A DNA stretch of 64,000 nucleotides from Myxococcota bacterium (lineage in GTDB: Bacteria; Myxococcota_A; SURF-8; G963663525): the NCBI GenBank assembly GCA_963676915.2, contig CAXXVK010000035.1, forward strand, positions 32,001-96,000. The letters run 5' to 3'. The notes under the pieces are model-generated. The model was not told the origin of the DNA. It worked only from the letters and a program-made list of their open reading frames with translations, and ran no database searches. Shown here in pieces: positions 37,273-52,200 of this stretch; position 1 is the first letter of the stretch, and each line of letters starts with the position of its first letter. The position numbers and the translations under genes are program-made.

Positions 37273-40200
37273 ATGTTGCGCCGACTAGGCTTGATCACCT
37301 GCCTGCTGTTCTCGTTTGTCTTATGGTCCTGCGAAGGAGATTTATCCGACGCTGTGGGGGATATCGATATCGATCTCGATACCGAAATCGATTGGCCCGA
37401 AATCGATATCAATCCCGACAAGGATGTCGAAGAAATTCCCGATGTCGATGTCGATGACTCTACCGATGTCGATGTGGATCCGGATGTCGATCCCGATCTC
37501 CAGGATACGGACGAGATTGTCGACGTGGACGACGATGGGGACGACGACCTCGATACGGATGAGGTCGCCGACGAGGATGTCATCGAAACGCAGGGTTGCG
37601 GTCAATTGCAGGTACCGGAAACCTTTACGTTCCAGAGCGCAACCGTCGGTCAGATCGCCAGCGGGCTTATAGAAATCACGAACCAGCCCAGCGAAGGCAG
37701 CAACGGTCCGACCGTACAAGCGACGCAATTCGAATTTCTGGAGAATCCCCAGAGCGTGTTCAGTATTATGAACGTTCCGCCGGTCAACCTGCCCTCGCAG
37801 ACGAGCACGAGCCTCAACGTGATCTGCCTGATGACCATGCCGGGGCAATACACCGGACGCCTGAAAGTGACTTTCGGTCCCATGGCCTGCGAAAACAGCC
37901 GGACGGCCGAAATCGAACTGGTCTGCAATAGCGAAATGGCGATCCTGCACACTCATCCCAAGGTGATCGAGTTCGGTTACGTTCCCCAGGGAACCTCCGA
38001 AACCATCGAAATCGCCATTGCCAATCAGGGAACGCTGAACCTCTCCATTTACAGTGAACCGAGTGTGGAATCCGCCGTGGAGGGAGTGTTTACCCTCGTT
38101 TCCGATACCGAGCACCCCTCGGTCAACGGCAGTACCATCGAAATGGGCAACGCGGTGGTTGTCTCCATTCGTTTCCAACCCCCGGAAGCCACGTACTATC
38201 ACGGAGCCTTGGTCGTCGAGACGAATGACAGCCAACTGGCTCTGGGAAGCACCGACGGACACGGTTTCTACCGTATCCCGTTGATCGGTCGCGGTATTTT
38301 CAATTGTCCTGAAGGCTACACGCACCAGGGAAAAACCTGCCTCCAAACCAACACGAGCGGCGTGGTGACGGGCTGCATTCCCGGAACCCGAAAATGCTCG
38401 GACGAAGGCGAAGCCTATCAGGTTTGCAAAGACGACGGAACCGGCTGGGAAGCGGACACGTTCTGCGACGAAGGCATGGAGTGTCTCAATGGGGCTTGTT
38501 TGTGGCAACTTTGCGAACCGGGTGTACGACGCTGTGCCGGTGTGGTCGAATACACTTGTCTCGAAAACGGCATGGAATACAATGGCGGGACGGTCTGCCG
38601 CGACACCAATTTCTGCACCGAAGACACCTGCGAGTGGGGCAAAGTTCCCTCGTGTCAGTATACGCAAGTGGGCGAAAGCCTTTGTGACGATGTGAACCCC
38701 TGCACCGTTCACGTTTGCGACCCGATCGACGGCTGTCTGTTGGACGATGCCGCGACCGAAGCGCTTAACGACACCCCCTGCGGAGATCAGGAAAATCAGT
38801 GCATCGGAACTTCGTTGTGCAAAAGCGGGGTTTGTCAGGCGGGCGATCCGGTCGATTGCGACGATAACAACCCCTGTACAATCGACGATTGCGATCCTCA
38901 AGGCGGTTGTACCCACGAGTTGCAGAACGTTTCCTGCAACGATCTGAACGCCTGTACCAACTTCGACCGCTGCAAGCAGGCCCTGTCGTTTTTCTGTGAG
39001 GGACAGACGGTGCCCTGCGATCCGGAAGAAGCGCAGCCCTGTTCGGACGGAACGCGCTGTATCCAAGCGCTGGGACCGGTATGTGTCGGCCAGGAAGTCG
39101 TTTGCGACGATGGAATTTTCTGCACGGCGGATTCCTGTGATTCCGACTTTGGATGTAAATTCGAAGCTCGCGTGGATGAAACCTGCGACGACGGGAACAA
39201 CTGCACCACAAACGATCACTGTACCGAAGCCAAAACCTGCGTGGGTGAAGCGGTGGTCTTTGCCGACGATGGAAAATGGTGCAACGGTACGGAAATCTGC
39301 GATCCCGAAACGGGTGAGGAAGGTCACATCAACGTGCCCGATTGCGACGACGGCATTCGTTGCACGAGCGATGTCTGCGACCCGACGTTGGACGAATGCG
39401 TCAGCACACCCACCGAAAACTATTGCGACGATCTCGGCGAGTGCATGAATTCCACCTGCGACGCCGAGTTGGGCTGCACTTACGAACCTGCAGACGACTA
39501 CACCACGTGCGACCGCTTCCCGGACATCGATGAGTTGTGTTTCGGCGGCGTGTGCGTACGGGTGGGATGTACCAACAACGCACAATGCGACGACGGACTG
39601 TCCTGCACGGTGGATGCCTGTCTACCCCGTGACGACGGCCAGCCGGGTTACATCTGTTCGAACATTCCCAACGATGCGCTTTGCGACGACGGGCAATGGT
39701 GCAATGGAACCGAAACCTGCGTTCCCGGTGCGGGTTGCACCGAGGCGTCGGTCCAGCCTGTGTGTAACGATGATATCTACTGCACCGAAGACCGCTGCAA
39801 CGAAGAACTGGATGCTTGCGAATTCACGCCGCTGCACGACCGCTGCGAGGATGACAGTGAATGCACCCTGGATGCCTGCGTGGAAGGAACGGGATGCACG
39901 CACGAACAGAAAGCGGAAGGTTCTCCCTGTGAAGACGGCAACTTGTGTACGCTCAACGAAGCCTGTTGGGGTGGTATCTGCCGCATCCAGGATGGCGTTG
40001 ATCCCGTATACGAAACCTGTGACGACGGCGAAATCTGTACGGAAGATTTCTGTAATCCGCTACTTGGATGCCAGTTCAGCAACAACACGGATCCCTGTGA
40101 CGATGAAAACGATTGCACGGTGCAGGATAGATGCTCGGGCGGAAGCTGTCGAGGCAACACCATCGATCCTTCCGATGGATTGGTTTGCAATGGCAGCGAA

Positions 40201-43200
40201 TATTGCGATGAATATGGAAACCTGACACGTGAACCGGTGGTGTGCGACGATTCCATTGCCTGTACGGTCAACAGCTGCGATGACTCCCTGGGTGGCTGCG
40301 TGTTCACACCCGATCATAGTCTCTGCGACGACGGAAACGATTGCACCGCAGATACCTGCGATCCCATACAAGGGTGCAAGTGGACAGCCGTTGGAGATTA
40401 TGCGCCTTGTTCCACAACGGATGGCATTGGCGAGGTCTGCATTGCCGGAGTCTGCACGGCGCGTTGCGATATCGGCGATGCCTGCAACGACGGAAAATCC
40501 TGTACGGTCGATTCCTGCGACCCCGCGACGGGCACCTGCTCCCACCTGCGGAACGATCAATTCTGCCTGGATCTCGATACCAGTTATTGCGATGGCGATG
40601 ACGTGTGCCTGCCCACGGCTGCGGGAGCCGATTCCACGACGGGTTGCATAGCCAGCGGAACGCGGGACTGCGATGACGGCATCGAATGCACCGTGGATTC
40701 CTGTAATGAAACCTCAGGGTGTGTCAACAGTGTCAGTTCTGCGTTGTGCAACGACGACAACTCCTGTACAGGCGATGTCTGCAACCGTGACGTGGGTTGT
40801 ATCCACAACCAGTTGGATCAGGTCGCTTGTATCAACGACGAACCCTGTTCCGAACCTAACGGTGTCTGTCAGGCCGGGATTTGCATCTCAGAAGTGACCG
40901 ACTGCAACGACGACAATCCCTGTACCGCCAACACCTGTGACGAAGAGGATGGCTGCCTTACGGAAGAATTGCCCAATGGAACCTATTGCGGGTCCGACAA
41001 CGATCAGCCGATGACCTGCCTCAACGGCGTCTGCGTCGTTCGCTGTACGAATGATGATCAATGCCTGCAATCGGACAATCCCTGCGTGGTCGGTGAATGC
41101 GATCAGCAGACGAGTCGATGCATCCTGGTCGCCAATGATTCCTTGTGCGACGACGGTCAGTATTGCAACGGTGTTGAAACCTGCGATCTGGAAGAAGGAT
41201 GCGTCAACGGCACGCCGATCGACTGCCCCGACAGCTCGGAATGTGCGCTGGGAATCTGTGACGAAGAAGTCGACGCCTGCAAGATCGATTTGCGACACGA
41301 CTGGTGCGACGACTTCAAGGTTTGTACCACCGATATCTGCGACATAGATGAAGGATGCCAGTATTCACCCAACGACAACCCCTGTGACGACGAAGACATC
41401 TGCACCATCAACGATCAATGCTCGGAGGGTGAATGTTCCGGCGAACCGAACCCCTGTGACGACGGAAACGCCTGTACGACCGGAACCTGCCAGGCCGGGG
41501 TTGGCTGCGTGTACCAGCCGGTGGATTGCAACGACGACAACATCTGCACCTACGATTTCTGCAACCCGTACGATACCGATGGTGACGGGTGCTATTACGA
41601 AGAAAACAACCTGCCCTGCGACGATGAAAACATCTGTACGTCCGGGGATTTCTGCTCGGGTGGCGAATGTGTCGGCACGGGAACGACCGATTGTTCCGAC
41701 GGCAACGAATGCACCGAAGATTTTTGTGTGGCGGGTACGGGATGCAGTCGAACGAACGTTCAGGACGGCACGCCCTGCGGCGACCCGGATTCCTACGATC
41801 GTTGCCATAACGGCTTGTGCGTCAGTCCCTGTGAAAGCGACGGGGAGTGCGACGACGGCCTGGAGTGCACCGTGGATGTCTGCGATCTGGAGCTGTTTAT
41901 CTGTACCTATATCCCCAACAGCGAAGCCGGTGGTCCTTGCGATGACGGACAATTCTGTAACGGCATCGAGATCTGCCAGCCGGGTGTAGGTTGCGTGGCG
42001 GGCGAGGTTCCCACCTGCGAAGACGAGTTCGAGTGCACCGAAGATATGTGCAGCCCGACCGAGAATGAATGTGTCCATCTCCCCATGAATCATTTATGCG
42101 ACGATGGAAACATCTGCACCGAAAACCAGTGCAATCCCGACAACGGAGGCTGCGAGGCGCTACCTATCGAAGGGCGACGTTGCAGCGATGGTGAGATCTG
42201 CACCGTGGACGACGTTTGCAACGATCAGGGAGTCTGTGAAGGTGTCCAGCGCGTTTGCGACGACTCCAATTCCTGTACGAACGACTACTGCAGCCCGGGA
42301 TTCGGCTGTCGCAACAATTACCTTGCCAATGGTACGGATTGCGGTGATTTCGGAGATGGTCAGTGCTACGGCGGAATCTGCCTGTATCCCTGTGGCCCCG
42401 ATGGCGAATGCACGAGGGAGTTCGAGTGTACCCAGGTCTCGTGCAACACCGATACGAATCTTTGCGAGGTTACGCTCGATCACGAATTCTGCGACGACGG
42501 ATTTTATTGCAATGGTGAAGAAATATGCAGCTCGACGCTCGGTTGCGTCTCCGGGATGGAGGTTGTGTGCGACGATGGCGCGGATTGCTCGTACGATTAC
42601 TGCGACGAGGAAACCGACCAGTGCCGCAACGATATAATTCCACTCGCTTGCGACGACCACAATCCCTGTACCGTGGACGAATGCCTGCCCTATGTGGGTT
42701 GCCAGAACGACGAAATTCTGGTCGGGGAAGCCTGCGAAGACGGAAATGTCTGCACGACGGGGGAGATTTGCGACGAGCAAGGCGTTTGCCGTGCGGAAGG
42801 CGACGGTATTTGCGACGACGACAATCCCTGCACCGTGGATACCTGCGATCCTCTCTACGCCGACTGCTACTATGCCGTGGTCGGAGATGGAACGGAATGC
42901 GACGACGAAGACCTTTGCACGGTGAGCGACATGTGCTCCCAGGGATTGTGTCTTGGCGTCCCGCGAAACTGCGACGATCAGAACGAATGTAGCGCGGATA
43001 GTTGCGATTCCGAAACCGGCTGTGTCAACGAAATCATTTTCAACAAGCCTTGCGACGATCAGGACGGCTGTACATCCGGGACGTTGTGCTTCCTTTCCGG
43101 TGAAAACGTTCCGACATGCGGTCGAGGAAACGAAACGGATTGCGACGATGGGAACCCCTGTACGGTGGATACTTGCGATTCCGCGCTGGGATGTTCCAAC

Positions 43201-46200
43201 GATCCGGTCGAAGGTTTCGTTGCCTGCGGTGCATCGAACGAGAAAATCTGCGTCGACGGCCAGTGCGTGCCGGATATCAACTGCACGTCCAATGAAGATT
43301 GCGACGACGGCATGGCCTGCACGTCGGATTTCTGTGACATGACCGGAGGAAACAACACCTGTTATTACCTCACCAACGACGCGCTTTGCGACGGTTACGA
43401 CGTCTGTACCTCTCCCAAGGCTTGTATCCCGGGCGTGGGATGTATCGACCGCGACCCGCCCAATTGCAACGATTACCTCGATTGTACGCTGGATGCTTGC
43501 GATTCCGAATCCGGCGGATGTACGCACGAACCTCGATCGAATTTCTGTAACGATGACAATTCCTGTACGGTCGATTACTGCGACACGGTGCTGGGTTGCT
43601 CGACGGTTCCGCTCTCGGACGTAGCCTGCGACGACGGCAACGCCTGTACCTCGGGCGATCAATGCCGAAACGGTATTTGCGTCCCGACCGATTTCGTGGT
43701 CTGCGGCGACCAAAACGCTTGTACCGCCGATTCCTGCGATCCCGTAGAGGGTTGCATCCAGGAAAAACTTACCGGCGGATTCTGCAACGATTCCAACGCC
43801 TGTACACAAAACGACACCTGTGATGACGGTGCTTGTAGCGGTGAAGCGATCGATATCGACGATGGCAATCCCTGTACCGTGGATAGCTGCGATCCATACT
43901 TCGGTGTCGTTCATACACCGGTCAGCGGTAATTCCTGCGATGACGGCAATGCCTGCACGCCGGAGGATCGTTGTGACGCCGGTGTGTGCCGAGGGCTTGG
44001 AGAGTTGGATTGTTCCGATGACAATCCCTGTACCCGCGACCTCTGTTCTCCCGATACAGGCTGCTACACCGTCCATCGCAACAACGTCCCCTGCGACGAC
44101 GAAAACGTTTGTACGATCAACGAACAGTGTGTAGACGGTGAGTGTCTGGCGGACGAGGAAAATCCTGAAAACCGGCTCAATTGCGACGATTTCAATCCCT
44201 GTTCCATCGATGTCTGCGATCCGATCAACGGGTGTGACAGCAGCGATTTTTACAGCGATTTCACCAGTTGCGATTTGTTGGAGGATGAAACCGAGGTTTG
44301 CATGAACGGTTCGTGCGTCGCCTTCTGCCTGGAAGACGCTCACTGCGACGACGGATACTCCTGCACCACCGACAGTTGCAACACGGATACAAATACCTGC
44401 GTGAACGAACGCAACGACGATGTTTGCCCGGACGACCTGTTCTGCAACGGGTCGGAAATCTGCGATCCGACCCATGAAGAAACCGATCCTGTAACGGGTT
44501 GTGCCCCGGTGGAAGCTCTGGATTGCGACGACAACATCATTTGTACGGTGGATGAATGCGACGAGGGCTTGGATGAATGCCTGCATACGGGCATCAATTC
44601 TCTCTGCCCGGCGTCGTTCCAGTGCATCCAGGCCATTTGCGACCCGAGTGTCGGTTGCCGAAACGAATTCCTTAGCGGATTGTCCTGCAACGACAACAAC
44701 CCTTGTACGACCGGCGATGTCTGCGAACAAGGACTTTGTGTTGGTGAGCCGAACCTCAACTGCAACGACCGCAACGCCTGTACCCGAGATCGTTGTTTCG
44801 CCGACGCCGGTTGTTCTTATGAACCGATGGAAAGCGGCGTCTCCTGCGACGACGACAACTTCTGTACCGAATACGATGTATGCGACGGAGCAGGAACCTG
44901 CGGCGGTGTCGCAACCGATTGCAGCGATACGAATCCCTGTACCGACGATCTGGCCTGTGACCCGGATATCGGCTGTCTGTTCACGCCTTTGAGCGGTGTG
45001 GATTGCGGAGCGCCAACCTCCTGTTACGAAGGTGGATTGTGTATCAACGGTGAATGCCTCGGTACCGGTGAAATGGATTGCGACGACGACGATGCCTGCA
45101 CGTTCGATTACTGCGAACCCGGCCTCGATTGCGTCCACGAACGCCAAGCTGGTGCTTGTGATGACGGCAACGCCTGTACCATCGCGGATGTCTGTACGGA
45201 ATCCGGGTGCCTGGGAACGACCATTACCTGTGATGATGACAACGACTGTACCTCCGATTCTTGCGATCCCGAGCAAGGCTGCGTTTACAGCAACCTACAG
45301 GATGGGCATTACTGTGGTGAAGGAGCAGCGGGAATTTGCGAAAGCGGACTGTGTCGGATGTCCTGCCAGAACCCGGCGGAATGTGCAGACGACAATCCTT
45401 GCACGACCGAAGGCTGTGTGGATGGCCGCTGCAAATATGAAATCAACCCCGTGGCCGTTCTGGAATGTCCGGGATACAACAATGAATATTGTGACGGAGA
45501 AGTGTACTGCGATCTCATCAAAGGCTGCGTAACAACCGTAGTCGATTGCGACGACGGCATCGATTGCACGGTAGATACCTGTAACGAAATCCAACGATGC
45601 TACTCTGTTCCCAATTCTTCGCTTTGCGACGACGGCAATCCCTGCACGTCGGATGGTTGCAGCGTCGAAGAAGGAGGTTGCTTCCATACTCCGCTCACCG
45701 GAATCACCTGTGACACGGGCAATGCCTGCATGATCAACGGCATCTGTCAGGAAGGTCTGTGCGTGGGCGAGCAACTCAACTGCCAGGAGACACCGGCAGA
45801 CAATCCGTGCACGCGCAATTACTGCGATCCGCTGGAAGGTTGCCAGGAGGAAATCCTGGTAGGCCGTTCCTGCTCCGACAACAATATCTGCACAAGCCTC
45901 GATTACTGCAACCAGAACGCCGAATGCGTGGGTGCGAACACCCAGAACTGCGATGACTCCAACCCCTGTACCCAGGACAGTTGCGATCCTCAGTTGGGTT
46001 GCGTGTGGGAGATCTTGCAAGGCGCGCCCTGCGAAGACGGCAATCCTTGCACGTTGGACGGCTATTGCGACGATTTCGCCAACTGCGTATCTCGTACCGA
46101 TATCGAGTGCGACGACAACAACAATTGTACGGGACCGGACAGTTGTGAAGGCGGTCTGTGCGTCTATCCTCCGATCAATGGTGGCAATTGCACCGACTTG

Positions 46201-49200
46201 AACGGGGTTCAAGGTGTTTGTCAGTCCGGCTTCTGTCAGGTCGGATGCCAGAGCGCCGCCGATTGCGATGACGGAATCGATTGCACGGTGGATTCTTGCG
46301 ATGAAGCCAACAAGTGCCACCATGAATTCGATGATTCCGCCTGTGACGATGGCAATTCCTGCAACGGCGCCGAAAGCTGCTCCACGGCCGGATGTCAAAG
46401 CGGTATCGCAATCGTATGCGACGACGAAACCGAATGCACGACCGATTCCTGTGATCCTGAAACCGGCGACTGCACGTTCGCTCCGAATCACATTCTTTGT
46501 GACGACGGCAACTCTTGTACGGCCAATATCTGCAAGTCCGGTCAAGGTTGTATTGTCGAAGTTAAAGTGGATCAACCCTGCGACGATGGCGACGAATGCA
46601 CGACAACAGACCGTTGCGTACTGGATCGTTGTGAAGGTGTCGTGTCCGTTGACTGCGATGACGACAAGGAATGCACAGCGGATTACTGTTCCGAAGGAGA
46701 GTGCCAGCACGTTCCCGTGCAAGGGGATTGCCTGAACGAAAACAACCTTTGCTACGAGTATGAAGGAACTTGTGTTGACGGAGAATGCGTCGCCGAAGCC
46801 TTCGATTGCGACGACGGAAATCCCTGCACGGTGGATTCCTGCGATCCAGAAATCGGATGCGTTTCCGACTTCGAACCGAATGGGACGTCCTGTGACGATG
46901 GCCTGGATTGTACGGTGGGCGATTTCTGTTCGTCCGGTGTTTGTGTCGGCGGTCCAGAAATGGAATGCCCCTACCAAGAGTGCCGTGTGGGTCAGTGCAA
47001 TGAAGAAACGGGTGAATGCGATTACAGCGAGTGGTTGCCCGACGAAGCATGGTGTGATGACGGCAATCCTTGTACTCTGGGAGATCGTTGTTGGGAAGGT
47101 GCCTGTCAGGCAGGATCGACTTCCTTGGATTGCGACGACCAAGATCCGTGCACGACCGATACCTGCGACGGCACCGGCTGCCACAATATTCCCGATCCAC
47201 GTACCAATGGTACGGCTTGCGATATCGGGTATCTTGATAAAGGAACCTGTCAGGCAGGGCAGTGCGTCGTGCTGTGCGATGTCGATGCGGATTGTACGGA
47301 CCTGATCGATTGTACCGTCAACGAGCGCTGCGTGGATTGCGAAGCGGGAGAAGAATGGTGCGGTGGTTCAGGCAGTAAATATTGCGAGTTCGATACGGAC
47401 GATTCCCAATGCCAAAGCGGTGGCGATTGTGGTGGTGGAGAGTATTGCAACGTGTTCACGGGGTGCTGGCCGCTACAGGCGATCGATTGCGACGATGGCG
47501 TGGACTGCACGACCGATTCCTGCACAGGAAACGAAGACGAGCCTTGCCAGTACGTGCCGAACAATTCGCTATGTGACGACGACGATCCCTGCACGGTGGA
47601 TCTTTGTCAAAACGCCGATATCGCCAATGGCATCGCGGGTGGCTGTGTCCATGAACCTGCAGAAAACGGTATCGAATGCGAAAGTACCAACGCCTGCGTA
47701 GTCAATAGTACCTGTTACAACGGGGTTTGTTCCGGCGAACTGCTCGATTGTGCCGACGATAACCCATGTACCCAGGATGTTTGCGATTCGGCGTTGGGTT
47801 GCACGTATTATTCGTTGGATGGATATGCCTGTGACGACGGCGATCCCTGCACGATCGACACCGAATGTTTCAACAGACAGTGTGTGGGCGGAACGGCCAA
47901 CACCTGCGACGATGACAATCCCTGTACCGACGAGGTTTGCGAAGCGGGTGTCGGATGCGTATTCACCAACAATACGGACCCCTGCGACGACGACGATATT
48001 TGCAGCCTGGGTGATACCTGTACCAACGGTGTATGTCTGCCTACGGACTTCAACAACTGCGACACCGACGATGCATGCTTGGAAGGCATCTGCATTCCGG
48101 GACGTGGTTGTGCCTACGAAGCCGTGTTGGGACTGTGCGACGACGGAAACAAGTGCACGACGGGTGATTCCTGCGAGTGTGTCGGAGCGACCTGCGAAAG
48201 CGCACAATGCGTAGGCAGCGGGGTAATCGATCCCGACGACAACCAGCAATGTACGGTGGACTATTGCGATCCTGAAACGGGTGTTTATCACGAAAAACTT
48301 CCCGACAACACCACCTGCGACGACGGAAATATGTGCACGTTGGAGGATATATGCTTCGACGGAACATGTCGTTCCGGTATGGCAAGGGATTGCGATGATT
48401 TGAATCCCTGTACGGTGGATAGCTGCGATACCACAGTGGGTTGTGTCAACGATCCGATTGCCGATTTCACCGATTGCGGCGGTGGTCGGGTTTGTTTCAA
48501 CGGCTTGTGTGAAAACTTCTGTCAAAACGATACGGAATGCGAAGACGGATTCAGCTGCACGGTGGATCGTTGCGACAATTTGACGCATATTTGCACGAGA
48601 ACGCTCGATCATGAGTATTGCGATAACCAACAAGTTTGCGACGGCGTGGAAACCTGCTCGGGAACTCAGGGTTGCATCGATGGCGATCCGCTGTACTGCA
48701 ACGACGGAATCGCCTGTACTACGGACCTTTGTGACAACAGCACGGGTTGCTACTTCGTTCCCAACGATCTTCTCTGCGAGGACAACGAGGTCTGCACCAC
48801 GGATATTTGCAGTACCGAGTTGGGATGCATTTACGAAGGCGTCGCGGCGGGACAAGTCGTGCCATGCGACGATGGAAACCTTTGCACCGGACCGCAGGAT
48901 TACTGTCAGGGATCGGTTTGTGTCGGTGAAACCAAGGATTGCGACGACAACAACTTCTGTACGACGGACTCCTGCGATCCTCTGACGGGCTTGTGTGAAC
49001 GCACCGTGGACACCGGAATCCCCTGCGACGACGGCGATTACTGCACGGTCAACGACCGCTGTGCCATGGAAGACAACCAAGTCGTTTGTCTGGGAGAGGA
49101 AATGGATTGCCACGAATCTCCGGACAACCCCTGCACGCAGGATACGTGCATCAACGGTAGTTGCTTCTACACGGAACTGAGCGGTATTCCTTGCGACGAC

Positions 49201-52200
49201 TTCAATCCTTGCACGCTGGATGACCGATGCACCGGTTCGATCTGCATGGGATCCGAAATGGAATGCCCGGACAACGACATCCTCTGTAAGTACACGATTT
49301 GCGACCCGGCTTCGGGTGAATGCACGTTGACGATCGACGAAGCGGACAACAGCCCATGCCGTCATCCCAACCTTTGTATCCAGGATGAGGTCTGTGTTTC
49401 CGGTGAATGCGTCGGTGATGAAATCGTTTGTGAGGATAATCCCGATCAGTGCATGAAGCTGGCGTGTGAACCGGATGTCGGAGTCTGTATGCCTGCACCG
49501 GATGTCGGCGCGGAATGCGACGACGACAACACCTGTACCTCGAACGATGTCTGTGACGAAGAAGGGATCTGCGTAGGTGACCTATTGGATTGCAACGATC
49601 ACAACCCCTGTACTGCCGATCTATGTATCCACGAAGAGGGTTGCACGTACGAAGAAGACAATTCCGGTGAGTATTGTTCCAACAATGGTCAGGAATGTTC
49701 GATTTTGTACATGTGTTCTTCAGGTCACTGCCAGAACGGTTTCTGCTGTGCCCAGGGAGATTGCTGCTTGGTCGCCGACGATTGTCCCGACAGCTACAAC
49801 AGCGACCCCGTTTGTAACGACGAAGAATCCTGCAGTGGACGTCGTGGCGTGAAAACCTGTAATTCTTTCAACCAGTGCTTCACCGAATGGATCGAGGACG
49901 ATTCGGCATGTTATTGCGACACCTTCGACAACGATGGCGTGGCATGTACCGAAAATACCCAATGTGACAGCGGTCACTGTCAAAACGGTTTCTGCTGTTC
50001 AGGCGGTGATTGTTGCTCGGCGGCTTCGGATTGTCCCGAAAGCTATGACACGGGCGCGGTCTGCGATAGTCCAAGCTTCTGTCAGGGACATCTGGGCGAA
50101 AAAGCCTGCAACGATAGAAATCAGTGTTTCACACGGTTGTCCGACGATGACAGCGCCTGTGACGCAACGGTCGAGCAGGATTGCGGATATTTCGCAGGAC
50201 ATGCCTGCAATGGCGATGTCGAGCAGGATCCCTTCATTTGCGAGGATCGCTGCACGAATGCCGAGGATTGTTCCGCCAGTGCGCAATGTGTGGAAGTGAC
50301 CGTTGCCGAGAGCGAACTGACCGAAAACGTATGTATGGCCAATTGTCTCTCCTACACATGTGGTTTCGGCATGTGTGATTGGTTGTGGATGGAAGACAAC
50401 GAAGTCTGCATGTGCCTGGTCGATTCCGATTGCGGAGACGACGGCAACCTGTGTAATGGATCCCCCGAATGTATCGACAATATCTGTGTCCATTCGGAAG
50501 AAAACATCGTGGTTTGCGACGATCCGGCGGAAGTTGACAACCCCTGCGCAGATTACGAATGCAACGAGCAAACCGGTTCCTGCGAATGGGTTTATTATGA
50601 TGGATCCTACTGTGACGACGGACAGACCTGTACTTCGGGCGATGTATGCCTGGAAGGTCGGTGCGTCCCGCAAGATAGTTACAATTGTGAATGCGAAAAC
50701 AATATGGATTGTGCGTTTTTGGCGGAAGTTGACCGTTGTAAACGCTTCGAATGTGTGCAGATTCCTTCCGGCGAAACCGAAACGATAGGTGCCTGCCAAG
50801 AAGTTGATTCGGTCTTGACCTGTCCCGATCCGCCGTCGGCCTGTGCTTCCTACGAATGCGACTCGACGACCGGCGGATGCAAGTTGACCTTGCTGCCAGT
50901 AGGAGAGGCTTGCGACGATGGTTTGGATGGTACCGAGGGCGATGCCTGCGACAGTCAGGGAGAATGTCATGGATCGATCACACCATTGTTGACGCCATGT
51001 TACTTCAACAGCGATTGTGCCCATCTGGAAGACGGCAACCTCTGTAACGGAACACCGATGTGCGTCGGTAATTACGGCGAACAGAAATATTGCGTCGAGA
51101 GCGGAATCCAAGTCACGTGCGGCAGACTGGATGAAACGATCCTGGGTGACTGCTCGACGTACGAATGCAATCCGGCGACCGGAAAATGCGAAATGTTCGC
51201 TGTGGAAGATGGAACAAGCTGTGAAGATTCGATTTCGTGCACTGTGGGAGACACCTGCTTCCAAGGCGTCTGCATCGGAACGGCTACACCGGATTGCGCT
51301 TGCAATGTCGATGAAGACTGCAACGCTGTGACCGATACCAATTTGTGCAACGGCACACTCCACTGTGTCGATGGTGCGTGCCAGCACGATCCGGCAACGC
51401 TATTCAATCCGGGAACAGCTTGCGATTTCGACTTGAATGACTCGTGTTACTCGTACACCTGCAATCGAGCAACGGGCGAGTGCGAAAAATACGACGAGCA
51501 ACCGGAAGGTACATCTTGCAGCCTTCAGGATATTTGCGCGGATCGCGAAAGCGAAGTCGGTGTTTGCGAGAACGGCCAGTGTACGAGGGAAATGACCGGT
51601 TGTCCGTGCCTGCCCGAAGATGGGTACACCGATCCTCCACCGGATTACGATGGGGAATTCGAGGCGGCAGATCCCAGCACATGGACGTACTGCCACTTCT
51701 ACGAGGACCAGAATCCCTGCAATGGTGCGTATCAATGCGTGGATGAATACTGCGTGAAAGTGGACGATCCGGTGGTTTGCAACCAGCCGGAAAGCCCTTG
51801 CCTCTATGCGGAATGCAATTCGAGTACCGGAACCTGCGATACGTTCGCGTTGGATGACGGAACGCGCTGCGACGATGGAAACACCTGTACGTTGTACGAC
51901 CAGTGTCAGAGTGGACAATGTATCGGTACCTGGACGAATCGCTGCGACTGTACCGGCAACGACGATTGCGCCACTGCGGACGATGGCAATTACTGCAATG
52001 GTTTCGAGCGATTGTGCGATCCGGAAACGAAACGTTGCGTTTCGGACCCGACGACCGCTGTAACCTGTCCCACCCCGGACGATCCTTGTCGCCCGCTCGT
52101 TTGCGATCCCGATACCGGTTTGTGCAACCCCGAGTTCCTGGAGAACGGAGCAAGTTGTGCAGACTCGAATGCTTGCACGATCAACGAACGATGCTGGGAC

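Noticed and set aside
42160-45276. 1038-aa antisense ORF, and other 370-750-aa antisense ORFs inside the giant gene
   Set aside because: Shadow frames caused by biased Cys/Asp codon usage on the sense strand; Ala/Val/Ile-rich translations with no motifs
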